Of a stretch of 64,000 nt of DNA, positions 23,869 through 37,524 are shown one piece after another. The notes under the pieces were generated by a model. That model was not told where the DNA came from, searched no databases, and worked only from the letters and a program-made list of their open reading frames with translations. This DNA is from Octopus vulgaris. Taxonomy: Eukaryota. The stretch spans positions 41,850,001 to 41,914,000 of the forward strand of contig OX597821.1 of assembly GCA_951406725.2 (NCBI GenBank), read 5' to 3'. Both the position numbers and the translations under genes were made by a program. Positions within the stretch are counted from its first letter, which is position 1. Each line of letters starts with the position of its first letter.

Positions 23869-24877
23869 CTCACATACACACATACATATACATGCACATT
23901 TACATATGTGTGAGTGTCTGTCTTAGTATGTATATATATATATTTAAGTATTTATGTATGTATGTACTACTGGTAACATGGAACCCAGTACAACCTGTTG
24001 CATGGGCAGGTTGTCAGCGACTAAACTGGCACCCCCACAAGGCTAGCCTGGTGAAGAAGGTTGCTCGAAAGCCAGCAGGACTAAACACAAGACCTGTTTA
24101 AATGCCGGATGAACCTAGTGCTGGTTCAACGACTACCTGGCAATAGCATGGGTACACAGAAATTACAGGATGGTGTCCAGCATGCTGGGCAACCACTGGG
24201 AGGGAGGCACCGCTTTAGCTCTTGTTGAAGCATGTCTCTAGGAGAAGGTCACTCTGATATAAAACCAGATTTGCAGGGAATGGCGTTGGACATTTGATGG
24301 GGAGAGGATCTTTTGCTTATACTTGATATTATGGTGCTCCCACACCCCTCAGCCTGCAACTCATATTGGCACCAGACATCTCACTCGGGTTTGTCTCTGG
24401 ATAACATCAATAGAGTGGGGAGGGCCTATGGAGGTGTTGTCCAAGCCTTATTGGACTTAAAACTATGAACAGGCATTGCTGACCGTCCACTTATATACTG
24501 AAGAGATCCTGCTCCTCTTCAAGAGCTCTTATATTAAGTAACCATAATACGTACAACGATTGAAATCATTTTGTGTGCGTGTGTGTTTATGTGTAACAGA
24601 AAACACCTTCAAAAATCGCTTCTTTCAACACCTCCACACATTCGGATCAAGGAGCGGAGAAAATCTACCTCCGTATCTTGAAACAAACTGCAGCATTCCT
24701 TACTCGAAGTAACAGAAAAAAAGAAAGACTAATATGGCGGCTGAGCATCAACAAATTGGCGCTGAAGGTAACCACTAGAATGAGGTCTGCTTGTCTGTCT
24801 GTTCCCCTACCTTAAAATGAATGGCATGAGAGTTATAAATATCACCGTGAGGAAAAGTGGACCAAGGTTTCGTGCCC

Positions 24878-24908
<31 letters not shown>

Positions 24909-25088
24909 CCACTAGCGAGGGTTCTACACGAAATGGTGCTTTCTGCTTCGTCTCACAACCTACCAATATATGAGCCAAAGAAGGTGCGTTTGTGCCATCG
25001 CTCCATCCGCTAGAAATAGTACTCAAATCTCCCTCAAATCACACCTAGAGAAAAATGTAGAATGGACACAGCTGGAATAGTTTTAGTT

Positions 25089-25140
<52 letters not shown>

Positions 25141-25608
25141 CTGTTCGATCAGGGCCTACATTGGAATATGAAGCACCTACTGCTCTACAGCTGATCATAT
25201 ATTGATCTCTGAAAGCAGAACGAGCGAATTATCGTATAAGTAGGTAGTCTTACATTGTTTCAGTGTTTACAAGATGACGGTTGGTGTTGTCAGCCGTGAA
25301 ACAAGACATTCATTGAAATAACTTATACAGGGCGATGAAGAAATGGAGTAGGAAACAGCAACGAGAAAACACCTAAAAATTCACTGGAAATTTGATCGTA
25401 GAGGAGCCACTCAACATAGCATTAGACTACATACAGAACATTTATGAAACACAGCAATATCTGGAGGCGGTCAGGTCTCAATATTTCATCGAATTTTATC
25501 AATTCATAAAATATAAATGCATAAATTTTACTACAAAAACAAGATCGGATCTAATTCGCGAAAAACATTGTTGACTCCTCCTACACCTACCACCTTCATC
25601 ACACAGAC

Positions 25609-25664
<56 letters not shown>

Positions 25665-25670
25665 GCACAC

Positions 25671-25706
<36 letters not shown>

Positions 25707-27224
25707 TTTTCTCGTTTAACACATCCACCACTCGTTGATAAACATGTGTATGAACAAACTAAACAAACAAAATCTAGAAATTCACACGAAAGCCGGATGT
25801 GCCTGCTATGAACTCTAACTGGCTTCTCTGTACTTGATGTATAAACAATGGATTTTATGAGAATATGGTGGTGCTGTTGTGCATGTTGAGTGTTGCTGTG
25901 TGTAGAGTGTTACTGTGTTGAGATAAAACTAAATAATATAATAAACAGCAACGGAAGTTTTATTGTTATTCTTAACCTAAGGCTTTGTAAGAAAAAAGTA
26001 CGAGAATTTGAGAAAGAATATAAATGAAATTCCAGTCAATTTTAACTTGATCTTTTCCAGAAACTCAAATTACAAACAATGCCGAGCGCTGATAAAAAAA
26101 AACGGAAAGAGAGAAAGATGAATGTGGAGACTTATTAAAAAATTTAAGTTTCACCATCAACAAGAATTACTCGACGTTGATTGGTTTATATCACACCACC
26201 AACCTACCCATGTCGCTCCCCATCAACTCCATCCACATACAGTTCAGGGCTAATTTCAACCCCTTATATTTTGCTTGATTAGGGGCATTTTAAAGCCGAA
26301 ATTTTGTAATAAAGGAGAAATGCTTTTGTTTTGCTTGTTTATTTTTGTTGATTTTCTTTCGTATTCTGTTAGTTTTTATTCCTTTATTTCCAGCACTGAT
26401 GGGAAATGCTTTCTAAAAGTCTTTTAAATGGATACATTGCAGGGAGTGCATCTGCATAATTACAAACTGAATGCATGGTGTTACAAACATTAATTAAAGC
26501 TGCATCTTCAGCTAGAACTTCTTCAATCACTTAAAAGAAAATTAAGTTGGTCCTGGGGATTTACCACCATCTCCACTATCAATCCGTTATAGATGGGCGG
26601 GTTGTGCATGTATGTATGTATATGTAAGTGTATATATGTGTATGTATATAAGTATGCATACATATATGTTTGTTCTGGGTACGTCAGTAAACTACATCCG
26701 TCGGTGAGGCTCCAGAATGGGAGTTCTGAAGTCGTGGGGAGCGTGAAGTCACACTTTAATTACCATAATTCCCAGATCCGTTCTGATCCAGAACAATCGT
26801 ACTCGTTAGGATCCCATCTATGGGTTAAATAGATTTCCTAGGGATAGAAGAGACTCCTGTTATTTTTAACGATACTCTGCAGTCAAAAATAGAACCAGTG
26901 ATATAGCGATTCTTGTCACTGGAACCTACCATGGCAACCGAGAAAGAATGGCAAAAGTGTTGTACGAGCTTTTGTCACTTAAATCCAGAGACGAACAGAT
27001 GCCCCGCTATCATTTCCTTTCTTCATCTGTTTTGAATTTTATTGAGTCCTATGGCGATGGATGCACTGCGACGTTAAAAAATCGTATCTGCGAACGTGTA
27101 AGGATGAAAGTAAATCAGAACAAATCAAGCTAAATGTGAGGCTGCTGTCCTCTAGCAAGATGAGGCAGTCATCATTCATGCATGCATGCATGCATGCATG
27201 CATTCATGCATGTATGTATGTATG

Positions 27225-28472
27225 TATGCAGATGATTGTGAGCTAGTAGCACACACAGAGATTGATATGCAACACATTTTGAATGCATTCTCTGATGCTT
27301 GCACTGCCTTAGGATTGACAGTCAATCTCATGAAAACTGTTGTCATGCACCAACCTGCCCCTGGTAAGCAGTATAGCGTACCAAATATCTATGTGTATGG
27401 TAAACGACTTGATGTAGTTGATCAGTTTGTCTACCTAGGAAGCCCTATTAACAGATATAGCAATTTGGATGATGAAATTCCATATAGAATTAGGAAAGCA
27501 AGTGTTGCTTTCGGAAGGCTAGAAAAGCGCCTCTGGAGTCGGCGAGACATATGCAGAAAGACAAAGATAAAGGTGTACAAGGCATGTGTGCACTCTTCTC
27601 TTCTCTATGCCTGCGAGACGTGGGTCACATATCGATATCACCTTAAACAACTGGAACGTTTCCATCAGATGTGTCCCAGACGGATCTATGGCATTAAGTG
27701 GAAGGACCGCATCAGTGATCTTGAAATATTGGAAGGCTCTCAATGTGAAAGTATAGAAGCTCTTGTGTTAAAGCAAAGGCTCAGATGGAGTGGTCATCTG
27801 GTCAGGATGAAGGCTTCAAGGATGCCAAAACAACTCTTTTATGGAGAGTTAGCTAAAGGAGAACGACCTCCACATAAACCAAAGAAGAGGTATAAGGACT
27901 TGCTGAAGGCTTCCTTAAGAGATGCTTGCATCTCTCCTGACACATGGGAAGGCATAGCTATTGATCGTAGCAGGTGGAGAAGCATTGTGCACGAAGGGAC
28001 AGCCACTTTTGAGAAATCTCGAGTTGCACATGAAAAACTAAGGAGGGATGTCAGGAAGGGCATCGCTGTTACACTTCCAGATAGGAAGGGTCATCCTATG
28101 ATGCTGACATGCAGTGTCTGTGCAAGACCCTGCCTCAGTAAAACTGGACTCAAGAGTCATCTTCGTAGTCATAAAGCGAGACAGATGAGTGACAACCTGG
28201 CCACTGGTGGTGGTATTACACACCATACTAATCATATCTGTGGGGCATGTGGAAGAGAGTGTAAACCGGCAGGAGGACTTAAACGACATGCAAAGGTACA
28301 TGAAGCCCAGTTACAACTACAGCCGGCTATTACCGGTAAAGGTTTTAGCTGCCAATTCTATACAAGACATTGTAGATCTTTAGCTGGGCTAAAAAGTCAC
28401 ATTCGATCACGGCACCAGTAACAGTTAAGCTTCGTGCAATGGCCATACTGGATAACGAGGAGGCAGCCATCA
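27225..28472 (+). mobile_element. 5'-truncated RTE-clade LINE (RT C-terminal part plus three C2H2-type zinc fingers)
   Basis: Open frame from YADDCEL through FVYLGS, LLYACETW and LRWSGHLVRM to CxxC...HxxxH fingers; stop at 28421; (CAT)n tail; flanked by a 15-bp ATGTATGTATGTATG duplication. Confidence 0.92.
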
Positions 28473-30142
28473 TGTATGTATGTATGGGCGGGTGTGGTGA
28501 ATGGAGAAAGCTTGGTTTGCAATGTTTGCAGTCGCGTATGCTTGTCAAGAGCAGGGCTCATTAGACACCAACGGAACCACAAATGTAAAATATAAGTTAA
28601 TGCTCCTGAAGGTCAGCAATGGTCTTCCTCGGTCACGAGTGAACGGTCATCATGCATGTACGTACATATGCATGCATGTATGTATGCATGCAATATCCAT
28701 AGTTGAAAGAAACTTTCAGCACACAGAATCTGAAACTCGATCGCGATTATTGTCTGTAATTGGTTGTCTCGCCTTAGGAACCAACAGAAAATACCAAGGA
28801 ACGTTGTTTGCATAAGAACCAAATGGTAAAGTTCATACGAACATAATGTAGAGAACCCACAAAATTCTAATTTATCAAAAACTACACCCCTGGCGAAGAG
28901 AAACAATCATTATCATAATTATCTCTCTTGTCTTTTTTACCATAATTATTTATTAAGTTAATTATACTTTTGTCTTCATTACGAATGTCATTTTAATTTA
29001 AATTTCTTAGTTCTCAACTTTAAATGTTAAAACTGAGTTTGTCCTGTCTCACGTGTTTCGAGAAAGACAAAAATATCAAAGCGGTTCATCTCCACCCCAA
29101 GCGGTACCACCACCACCACCACCACCTGTTTATTAGAGATTTCAGAGATATATAGACACAGGCAACGACTTGGTTTCGGGTTCGATCTCACTGCGCGGCA
29201 ACTTGAGCAAGAGTCTTCCACTATTTCACCGACCGAAGCCTTGCGAATGGATTTCGTAGTTGGAAACTGTGCGAAAGCCCGTTATACATATGTGTGCGTC
29301 TGTGTATGTGTACATGCGTGTATTTGAGTGTGTGTCTGTGTTTGTTATCTGCTCCCACTACTTAACACCCGGTGTTTGTTTGTTTACGTCCTTGTAACGT
29401 AGGACTTCGGCAAAAGAGACTGATAATGTACCAGACTTTTAAAAAATACACGATCTCCTGGGGTCGATCTGTTCGACTGAAACCCTTCAAAGTGGTGCCC
29501 CAGCATGGCCGCAGTCTAATGACTGAAACAAGTTTAAGTTTAAAAGATAATAGATGAAGGGAAAAGACAGGTGCGTCTTGTCAGTGAATATGGCCACCAC
29601 CACCGCCAGTACTACTACTACTACTACTACTAACAAGAAATAAAATATGAATAAAGCTTTATCAGAACTCGGTCAGCCATCCTGAGCGAAAAAGGAAGTT
29701 ATAAAGGCGATCGTCTGACCTACTAAAATATAGATGGATTAGTCATGGCTGGAACGTTTTTGATCACGCGGTCTAATTAATCCAGAGCTCAACAAAAACT
29801 AAACAACAACAGTAACAACAACAAGACGTTCATTCACAAGAACACTATCAAGTATTTGTTAATTCATTTTGTACTTTTATCTTTTAATTCTTTCAATCAT
29901 TGGAATGCGGCCATGCTGGGGCACCGCCTTGAAGGGTTTTACTCGAATGAATCGAACCCAGTACTCATATCTTTTTTACGTCTGATATTTATTATATCAG
30001 TCGCTTTTGCCGAATCACTAGCTCACAGGACAAACTAACAACGATTGTCAAGAAGTGGTAGCAACAGATACAAACACGCATATACACACATAGAAATATA
30101 CGACAGGCTTCTTTCAGTTTCCGTCACAAGGAATCCATTCAC

Positions 30143-30640
30143 AAGAGAGAAAAGTGGGTAAAATGGGAGAGAGAAGGGGAGAAAGGAAGAAAGACGGGAG
30201 AAGGGGAAGGAGAGAGAGGGAGAGACAGAGCTACAGACAAGAGTTGGAGAGAGAGAGAGAGAGAGCAGGCGATGGACCTGGAGAGAGGGTTGGTGAGAGA
30301 GAGGGAGTAAGGGAGAGAGAGGGAGCTATAGAGAAAAGAAGAGTACTGGAAAGAGAGAGTTAGAGAGAAAAATGAGTTCGTGAGAGGGAGTGTGAGAGAG
30401 TGAGGGAGAGAGAGAAAGAAAGAAAGCTGGGAGACAAGAGTTAGGAGAAAGAGAGAGAAAGAGGAGCTCATGAAAGGGAGTGCGTGAGAGAGAGAGGGGG
30501 TGGGAGAACTGAAGAACGAGAAAAAGAGAGAGGGAGCTGGGGGACAAGCGTAAGTTGGAATAGAGAGGGGGGAGAACTGAAAGCAGAGAGAAAGAGAGAG
30601 TAAGGGAGAGAGTGAGGGAGTCGGGGTGTTAGGAAAACAG
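30143..30640. repeat. Purine-rich (GA) low-complexity tract
   Basis: About 500 bp of mostly G and A on the plus strand. Confidence 0.85.
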
Positions 30641-31170
30641 AAAATGTATAGTAATGTGTGAAAAGGTGAGTCATACTGTGAGCCAGGGGGTTAAATGGTT
30701 GGGGGTAGGGTAGGGGTGGTGCCGTAGCAGGATATGAACCAGGGTGCAAGCATTAATGCGGCCGTCAGGTTGGCTTGTCTCACCTCGGACCAGCTGTGAT
30801 ACACACTCCCACTGATAAGAGACGTTTAATAATAAGGTTGAGCTTGATAGTGAAGTGGGCGTTAGAGCCGAGACTTTCAGATAACAAGGATAATAAACGG
30901 AGGATAGGACACGTTCGGTACATTCAAGACATTGTTAGATTATTATATTTCAGTTCAGGCTAGTTTTCAAGAAGCAGATGGGAATATCGTATAGCATTCA
31001 GTCCTTTTCTAAGGGTCTTACAAAGTGACATGGACAAGAATCGAAACTGAATCAGTATCACAACATTCTCGGTTCAAATATCCCCCACCAGAAGTAACTT
31101 TACTTTTCACCCTTGTGGAATTAATATGCTGAGAACCGGAATACTTTGCAGTTGTTTGTTTTAATTTAAA

Positions 31171-31563
31171 CCAGCAGTATCGCCCGGCGTTGCTCGGGTT
31201 TGTTTCGATCCTTTAGAATTGGAATTTTTGAAAAGTAAAAATTTTGCATTATATAGCTTGTTATTCTCTTTAGGTGAACATTTTTTTGGTTGAAATACAC
31301 CGAAAAATGGCGACACAGCAGTAAAAAAAATCGTAAAAAATAGGGATTTTCATAGAAACAAAGCACCTTTTTGATATTAATCATTTTTGGTCTTAACATT
31401 GTCCGATTTGAATGTTTTCTTCTGCGGAAGGAAGAGCAAGACTTCTTCTATCTTACTCTCAGTTTTGGTCAACTTGCGCCGCAGAGTCTCGGAGGAGATA
31501 GTCTCACTTGAAGGCTACCAAACCTGCCATGCACAGACAACTTCAGCTTTATATATAGAGAGA
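31171..31563 (-). mobile_element. Non-autonomous Helitron
   Basis: Reverse copy of 33585-33968: A|TC start, hairpin plus CTGG|T end. Confidence 0.8.
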
Positions 31564-32154
31564 TTTACAGACATAACGGAAGAATTGCCCATGAATCGTC
31601 GTGGCCCTTTGCAGGCTCCCTGAGACTGAAGGAGGATAGAGAGGTATGCTCAGACTGGGGACTTGTCCTGAATACTTCTAACCGAGTGGACTCCGCTAAA
31701 GGCAACCAAAGTGTTGCAGTTCGGCAAAAATGACTGATAGAATCAGTGGTAGATTTAAAACATAAGAACTGGAGTTCATTTCTTCGACTGAAACGGTTCG
31801 AAGTAGTGCTCCAGCATGGCCGCAACCCAATGGCAGAAATCAGTAAACATGTAAGAAGAAACATTATTCAATTCTGTGCTGTGTGGTGAGAAGTTTGTTT
31901 CTCAGTCACGTGGTTCCGGGTTCAGTCCCACTGCAGGCCGACCAAAGCCTTGTGAGTGGATTTGGTAGACGGAACTGAAAGAAGCTCGCCCTGAGCACGC
32001 GAGCGTGCATGTGTGTGTGTGTGGTGTGTGTTGTGTGGTATGTGTGTGTGTGTGTGAAGGCGCATGGCTAAAGGGTTAGGGTGTCGCACTCAGGGCCACG
32101 AGGTCGTGTTTTCGATTCCCAGACCGGCAATACGTTGTGTTCTTGAGCGAAACA

Positions 32155-32413
32155 TATGGCATAGTGGTTAAGAGAGCGGGCTATACTAACCCTAAGATTC
32201 CGAGTTCGATTCCAAGCAGTGACCTGAACAATAATAATAACATCGAAAAATACCTTAGGAATGAGAACCCAGGTTCCAAATTTCCCCAAGACACCTGATG
32301 AAGGCTGGAGGGTATATCAGCCGAAACATTGTGTTAACAACAAACAAGATGAGGACAAATATCCATCAAATATAAATAATGTACATAATTCCTCATCTCT
32401 TAAATATAGAACT
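32155..32413 (+). mobile_element. tRNA-headed SINE with hammerhead tail, nested in another SINE
   Basis: A box TGGCATAGTGG, B box GAGTTCGATTCC, (AAT)n linker and hammerhead at 32290-32335. It interrupts a host SINE at ttgagcgaaac|acttcatttcacg. Confidence 0.8.
32290..32335 (+). ncRNA. Minimal type I hammerhead ribozyme (canonical CUGAUGA core)
   Basis: GACAC-CUGAUGA-A-GGCUG[GAGGGUAUAU]CAGCC-GAAA-CA-UU-GUGUU; the stem III palindrome is broken by a CpG-to-CpA change. Confidence 0.75.
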
Positions 32414-33584
32414 TCATTTCACGTTGCTCAGTTCCACAGTCTGCTCACCTGTAAATGGGACGAACTAGCGGCCTGTCCAGGGGGAACTGCGACCTCCCCC
32501 GCCATGCCAGCGGGGTGGCATCATGTGAAAGCTACAACAATACGAGGAAGCGCACTGTGACAGGCGATATATAACAATATACGATAATATGTGTTATACG
32601 GTGAGAGTGAGCCAGACAGAGAGTGGAGGGAGGGAGGGAGGGAGAGGATGAAACAAGTGGCGATTTGTAACACTTACCCTTAGTCTAACTAATAAATAGA
32701 ACACCGACCCATATCACAGAGTCAGTCTCAATAATAGATATGGAACAGTGACATAGCAATAAACTGGAAAATGGATAGCACTTGAAAAAGCTTTCATAAT
32801 TCTCATGAACTGAATTTAAGTATTACAATAAACCTGTTCTGTTTGAAAGCAGTGAGAAGGTAAGTGTGAGAAAATTGGTGGCCGCATACTAGAGCGTAAT
32901 AAATCAACCTTCTATTAAGAAAATTGGCAGATTTTCCAGTTGTGTTGTAAAATAAATGATGGCACACTTTAGTATATTTACTGAGTTAGTAGGAAAGGGT
33001 GGCACAGAACGTGAGGAAGTAACGCTAAAGCCGAGGAAATAAGGTCACAAACATTGACTCAACTTCCTGCATAATCAGTTAACGTTCAAGTGATATAATA
33101 ATATCAATATTTATACCTCATAACAATTTAGAAACTTCGAGAGAACGTGAAATAATTCCCGCTCGAAACTTCGAGAGAACGTGAAATAATTCCTGCTGGT
33201 AAGAACAAAGTTTCTACAATGAACAGAGAAATTCGAAGGATTGTTTTGTTTAATGGTAGAATGCCACCCACGAGCAGCCTTCGACTTTTCCTACCCAAAA
33301 GGGGTTTTGACCCCACACACGCTGTCATTTATAGCTTTATCTACTTCGAGTTTCACACTTAAAAAATATATAATATTGTATCTATTCATTACAGAAATTT
33401 AGAAGCTAGCGTTTATATGGAAATTGACCAACACGAGATTGTTGACAAGGGACCTAAATGATTCCCTACTCGAACAAGTATACAACCCGTATAGGTCACA
33501 TCCCAAACTGGATCGCAATATAAACGTCGCGTATTAAAATCGCACCCTTTGAAATATTTTATAAAAATGTAAACTGTTCATAAA

Positions 33585-33968
33585 TCTCTATATAAAGCTG
33601 AAGTTGTCTGTGTATGGCAGGTTTGGTAGCCTTCAACTAACACTATCTCCTCCGAGACCCTGAGGCGCAAGTTGACCAAAACTGAAAGTATGATAGAAGG
33701 CTTGCTCTTCCTTCCGTAGAAGAAAAAATTCAAATCGGACCATGTTAACACCAAAAATTATTTACATCAAAAAGGTGCTTTTTTTTCTTTGAAAATCTAT
33801 TTTTTACAATTTTTTGACAGCTGTGTCGCCATTTTTCGGTGTATTTCAACTAGAAAAATGTTCACTTAAAGAGAATAACAAGCTAAATAATGCAAAATTT
33901 TTACTTTTCAAAAATTCCAATTCTAAATGGTCGAAACAAACCCGAGCAACGCCGGGCGATACTGCTAG
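33585..33968 (+). mobile_element. Non-autonomous Helitron
   Basis: Inserted between A and T, begins TC, ends with the hairpin cccgagcaacgccggg and CTAG; three copies in the window. Confidence 0.85.
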
Positions 33969-34774
33969 TAAGTTATGAACAATAAACCATAAGGCACAGC
34001 ATACGGGCCACAGCATAACATTTAAGCAAAGAAAATCTGAAGAATATTTTCTCAATAAAAAAGAAGTCAAATGTTAAATGCATTGATTTCCCAAAATGGG
34101 TTTCGATGACAAAATGTTGGGAAACGCTAAGATGAAATGAGAGACAACTCGCGATTCCTTGCTTTCATTGTGATTCCTTGCATTCATTGCGATTCCTTGC
34201 GTATTGTCTCTCAGCGTTTCCCAACATTTTGTCATTGAAACTGACCAGCAGTTTCCATTCTGAAGTATGCAGACCCTTGTGGGTTTCAGAAAGGTAACAC
34301 TGGGCACTCCTTAGCCGTATTCAAAATTTTAAAAGAGCAGCAGAGTAAATTAGCTAAGTTAATTAGTTGTAATCACGATAATTCAAACGAGAAGTGAAAC
34401 TGGAGAAATAAGTTTACTCTTTCACTTGTTTCAGTCATTTAACTGCGGCCATGCTGGAGCACTGCCTTTAGTGGAACACATCAACCCCAGGACTTATTCT
34501 TTGTAAGCCTAGTACTTATTCTATCGGGTATCTTTTGCCGAACCGCAGACACCCAAACACACACACACACACACACATATTTACATATATATTTATACGA
34601 CGGGCTTCTTTCAGTTTCCGTCTGCCAAATCCACTCACAAGACTTTGGTCGGCCACAGGCTACAGTAGAAAACACTTGCTCAAGGTACCACGCAGTGGGA
34701 CTGAACCCAGAACCACATGGCTGGGAAGCATGCTTCTTACCACACAGTCACTCCTGCACCCATTTAAGTGTAAC

Positions 34775-34893
34775 ATGCTAACAGCACCTAAGTTCCCCAA
34801 GCGGTCACCCATCTAAGTACTAACTAGGTTTGACTTTGCTTAACTTCGGTGATCAGATGAGAACCGATGCATTCAACATGATATCGCCGTTTA
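34775..34893 (-). pseudogene. Dispersed 5S rRNA pseudogene
   Basis: Minus strand ACGGCGATATCATGTTGAATGCATCGGTTCTCATCTGATCACCGAAGTTAAGCA...TTAGTACTTAGATGGGTGACCGCTTGGGGAACTTAGGTGCTGTTAGCAT aligns over the full length with invertebrate 5S rRNA, with many substitutions; solitary copy. Confidence 0.85.
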
Positions 34894-35287
34894 TTAATAC
34901 ATCATCAACTCCTCCTTGGGTACTTTTTAATGGAATCCACCCAGTTACAAAGAACTGATCCACGTCTAAGTTCAGACCACAGCTTCTTCCATTATTTCCA
35001 CTAATTTCTGAAGTGCTGAAAAGGGCCACCGACACCGTTCGTTCTCCACCCCACCCTCACCCCTTTGGCTGTGCCATAATAACATTTTCAGACCGAAGAG
35101 TCATGGAGGGACACACCCAAGTCCAGCTCATTAAAATTGAATCAGATACACATACTACATTCCAGCTGTTCCCAGTTCTGAGAACTGGCAACCAAATCCC
35201 ACCATCTATCTCTCCGGCCAACCTGAGAATTATCCACCCACCCCTCCATACAGTCAGCTAACCAATCAGCCACACATATACATACAT

Positions 35288-35338
<51 letters not shown>

Positions 35339-35598
35339 CACACATATATACACATATACACATGCATATATACATTCACACATATTCAAATGAAGAAATA
35401 TACACATATTTGCATGTATGTATCGGTGTATATATATACTTGAAAATTTAAGCTTAAGATGCCTAAATAGAAAAAATCCTCTACATGGGTAGAAAAGTTC
35501 ACAACCCTTAAAGCATATATATATATATATATACATGCATAGTCATACATATACACAAACGTATATACACCCACACATATTTACACATACATATACAC

Positions 35599-35649
<51 letters not shown>

Positions 35650-36279
35650 CAAAGACATAGGTAGTTAATATTCTGTTAATATTATTCAAAGACACCAAGT
35701 ATTTATTTCCCTGAAAGTCTACAAAAGTAGGAAGCGGTCAATAAATATTCTTTTCTACTCTAGGCACAAGGCCCGAAATTTTGGGAGAGGGGCCAGTCGA
35801 TTAGATCGACTTCAGTGCGCAACTGGTACTTAATTTATTCACCTCGAAAGGATGAAAGCGGAATTTGAACTCAGAACGTAACGACAGACGAAATACCGCT
35901 AAGCATTTCGCCCTCCGTGCTAACGTTTCTGCCAGCTCGCCGCCTTAAGAGGTCAATGAATATTGTCCGTCAGTGAATCAGCAATAACATTAAGCACGTT
36001 TATTGGAATGGTGGTCATATTTGGATCGCCATAGTCGTTCAGTGACTTCATATTGGTATAACTTGTCAAAATACAGCTGTGGCCATTCTAGAAAACTACC
36101 GGTAGAAAAGTGTTCCTTCATGCAGTTACACCGTGGAGTTAATAACGCTTATCTCTGTGTTGGATCTAGTTCCAGCTGTGCCAAGTTCCGGGACTGCGTC
36201 ATCCATCCTCTTAACCTTCCAGCCAGCCAGCCAGCCAGCCAACTAGCCAGTCAGCTGTATATACATAGAAATGCATACA

Positions 36280-36443
<164 letters not shown>

Positions 36444-36504
36444 CATATATATATACACACATACACTTATATAGATGCATAGTAATATAAGTCAGTTTTT
36501 TCCT

Positions 36505-36750
36505 ACCACATCCTGTGATGCAGCTGGACACATCGTCAGCATTATTTCCTGGGGTCATTAGGTGTTTCGGGTCTTTCAACAACAGACCTCCTTACTCAGG
36601 TGACTCGGCCATAATAATCAAGCCCCAACATACCCAGTTATCAATACCCTGGGTAGCACCACCCCTCTAAGTCTCACACTTTCTAATCCACAGCCCCACC
36701 TCGAGACAATCTCTGCTACTTCTACAGTCAACTTGATAGCCTTCTGCCAA
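36505..36750 (-). mobile_element. Hero-clade non-LTR 3' fragment
   Basis: Minus strand QKAIKLTVEVAEIVSRW/LWIRK resembles the Hero terminal AAE.ASRWLW motif, followed by a short 3' UTR. Confidence 0.5.
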
Positions 36751-37492
36751 AAGGCTCCTGTTATGTCTAGCATACTGTAAGCTCGTTCTAATTACCATTT
36801 ATAATCTTTCAGAATGGGGAAGAACGACTCCAAACAAAAACATTTTATGGGTAAAGGCAGCGAGCTGGCAGAACCGTTAGCACGATGTACAAAATGCTTC
36901 ACGGTAATTTCTTCAGCTTCTTTACGTTCTGTGTTCAAATTCCGCCGAGGTCGAATTTACCTTTTATCCTTTCCGAGTCGATAAAACAAGCACTGGTTAG
37001 ATCCTGGAGTCGATAACGTCAGTTAGCCCCCTCTCACCAAGATTTCAGGCATTGTGCCTATAGAAGAAAGGAATTTTATTATCAGCACGTCAAAGCGGCG
37101 AGCTGGCAGAATCGTTAGCACGTCGGAGAAAATGCTTCGCGGCGTTTCTCCCTGTTCTGAGTTCAAATTACACGGAAGCTGACTTGTACTTTCGGGGTCG
37201 ATAAATTAAGTACCAGTGAAACACTCCCCTACCCCAAAATTCCAGGCCTTGTGCCTTTAGCAGAAAAGATTATTGCACCAAACGGCAACATTGACCGCAA
37301 GTCTCGTCCCTTCACATGTACACACAAAAATAAAACTTATAGTCTCTCTTTTCTCAATGACCCCTGTGCCATATTTCGTCATTCTTTTTTATACGAAATA
37401 AATATATAAAGTATTTGTCTTTGTCTCGAAATTTCTCGCATTCTTCTTTCTAGCAGCAATACATACACGCACGCACACACACACACACAGCG

Positions 37493-37524
<32 letters not shown>

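Noticed and set aside
33200-33360. Minus-strand peptide resembling a PIF1 helicase PFGGK motif
   Set aside because: The related copy at 40.89-41.05 kb has a tRNA-like head (gttcgagtcccacgagcagcc), so this is better explained as a SINE family.
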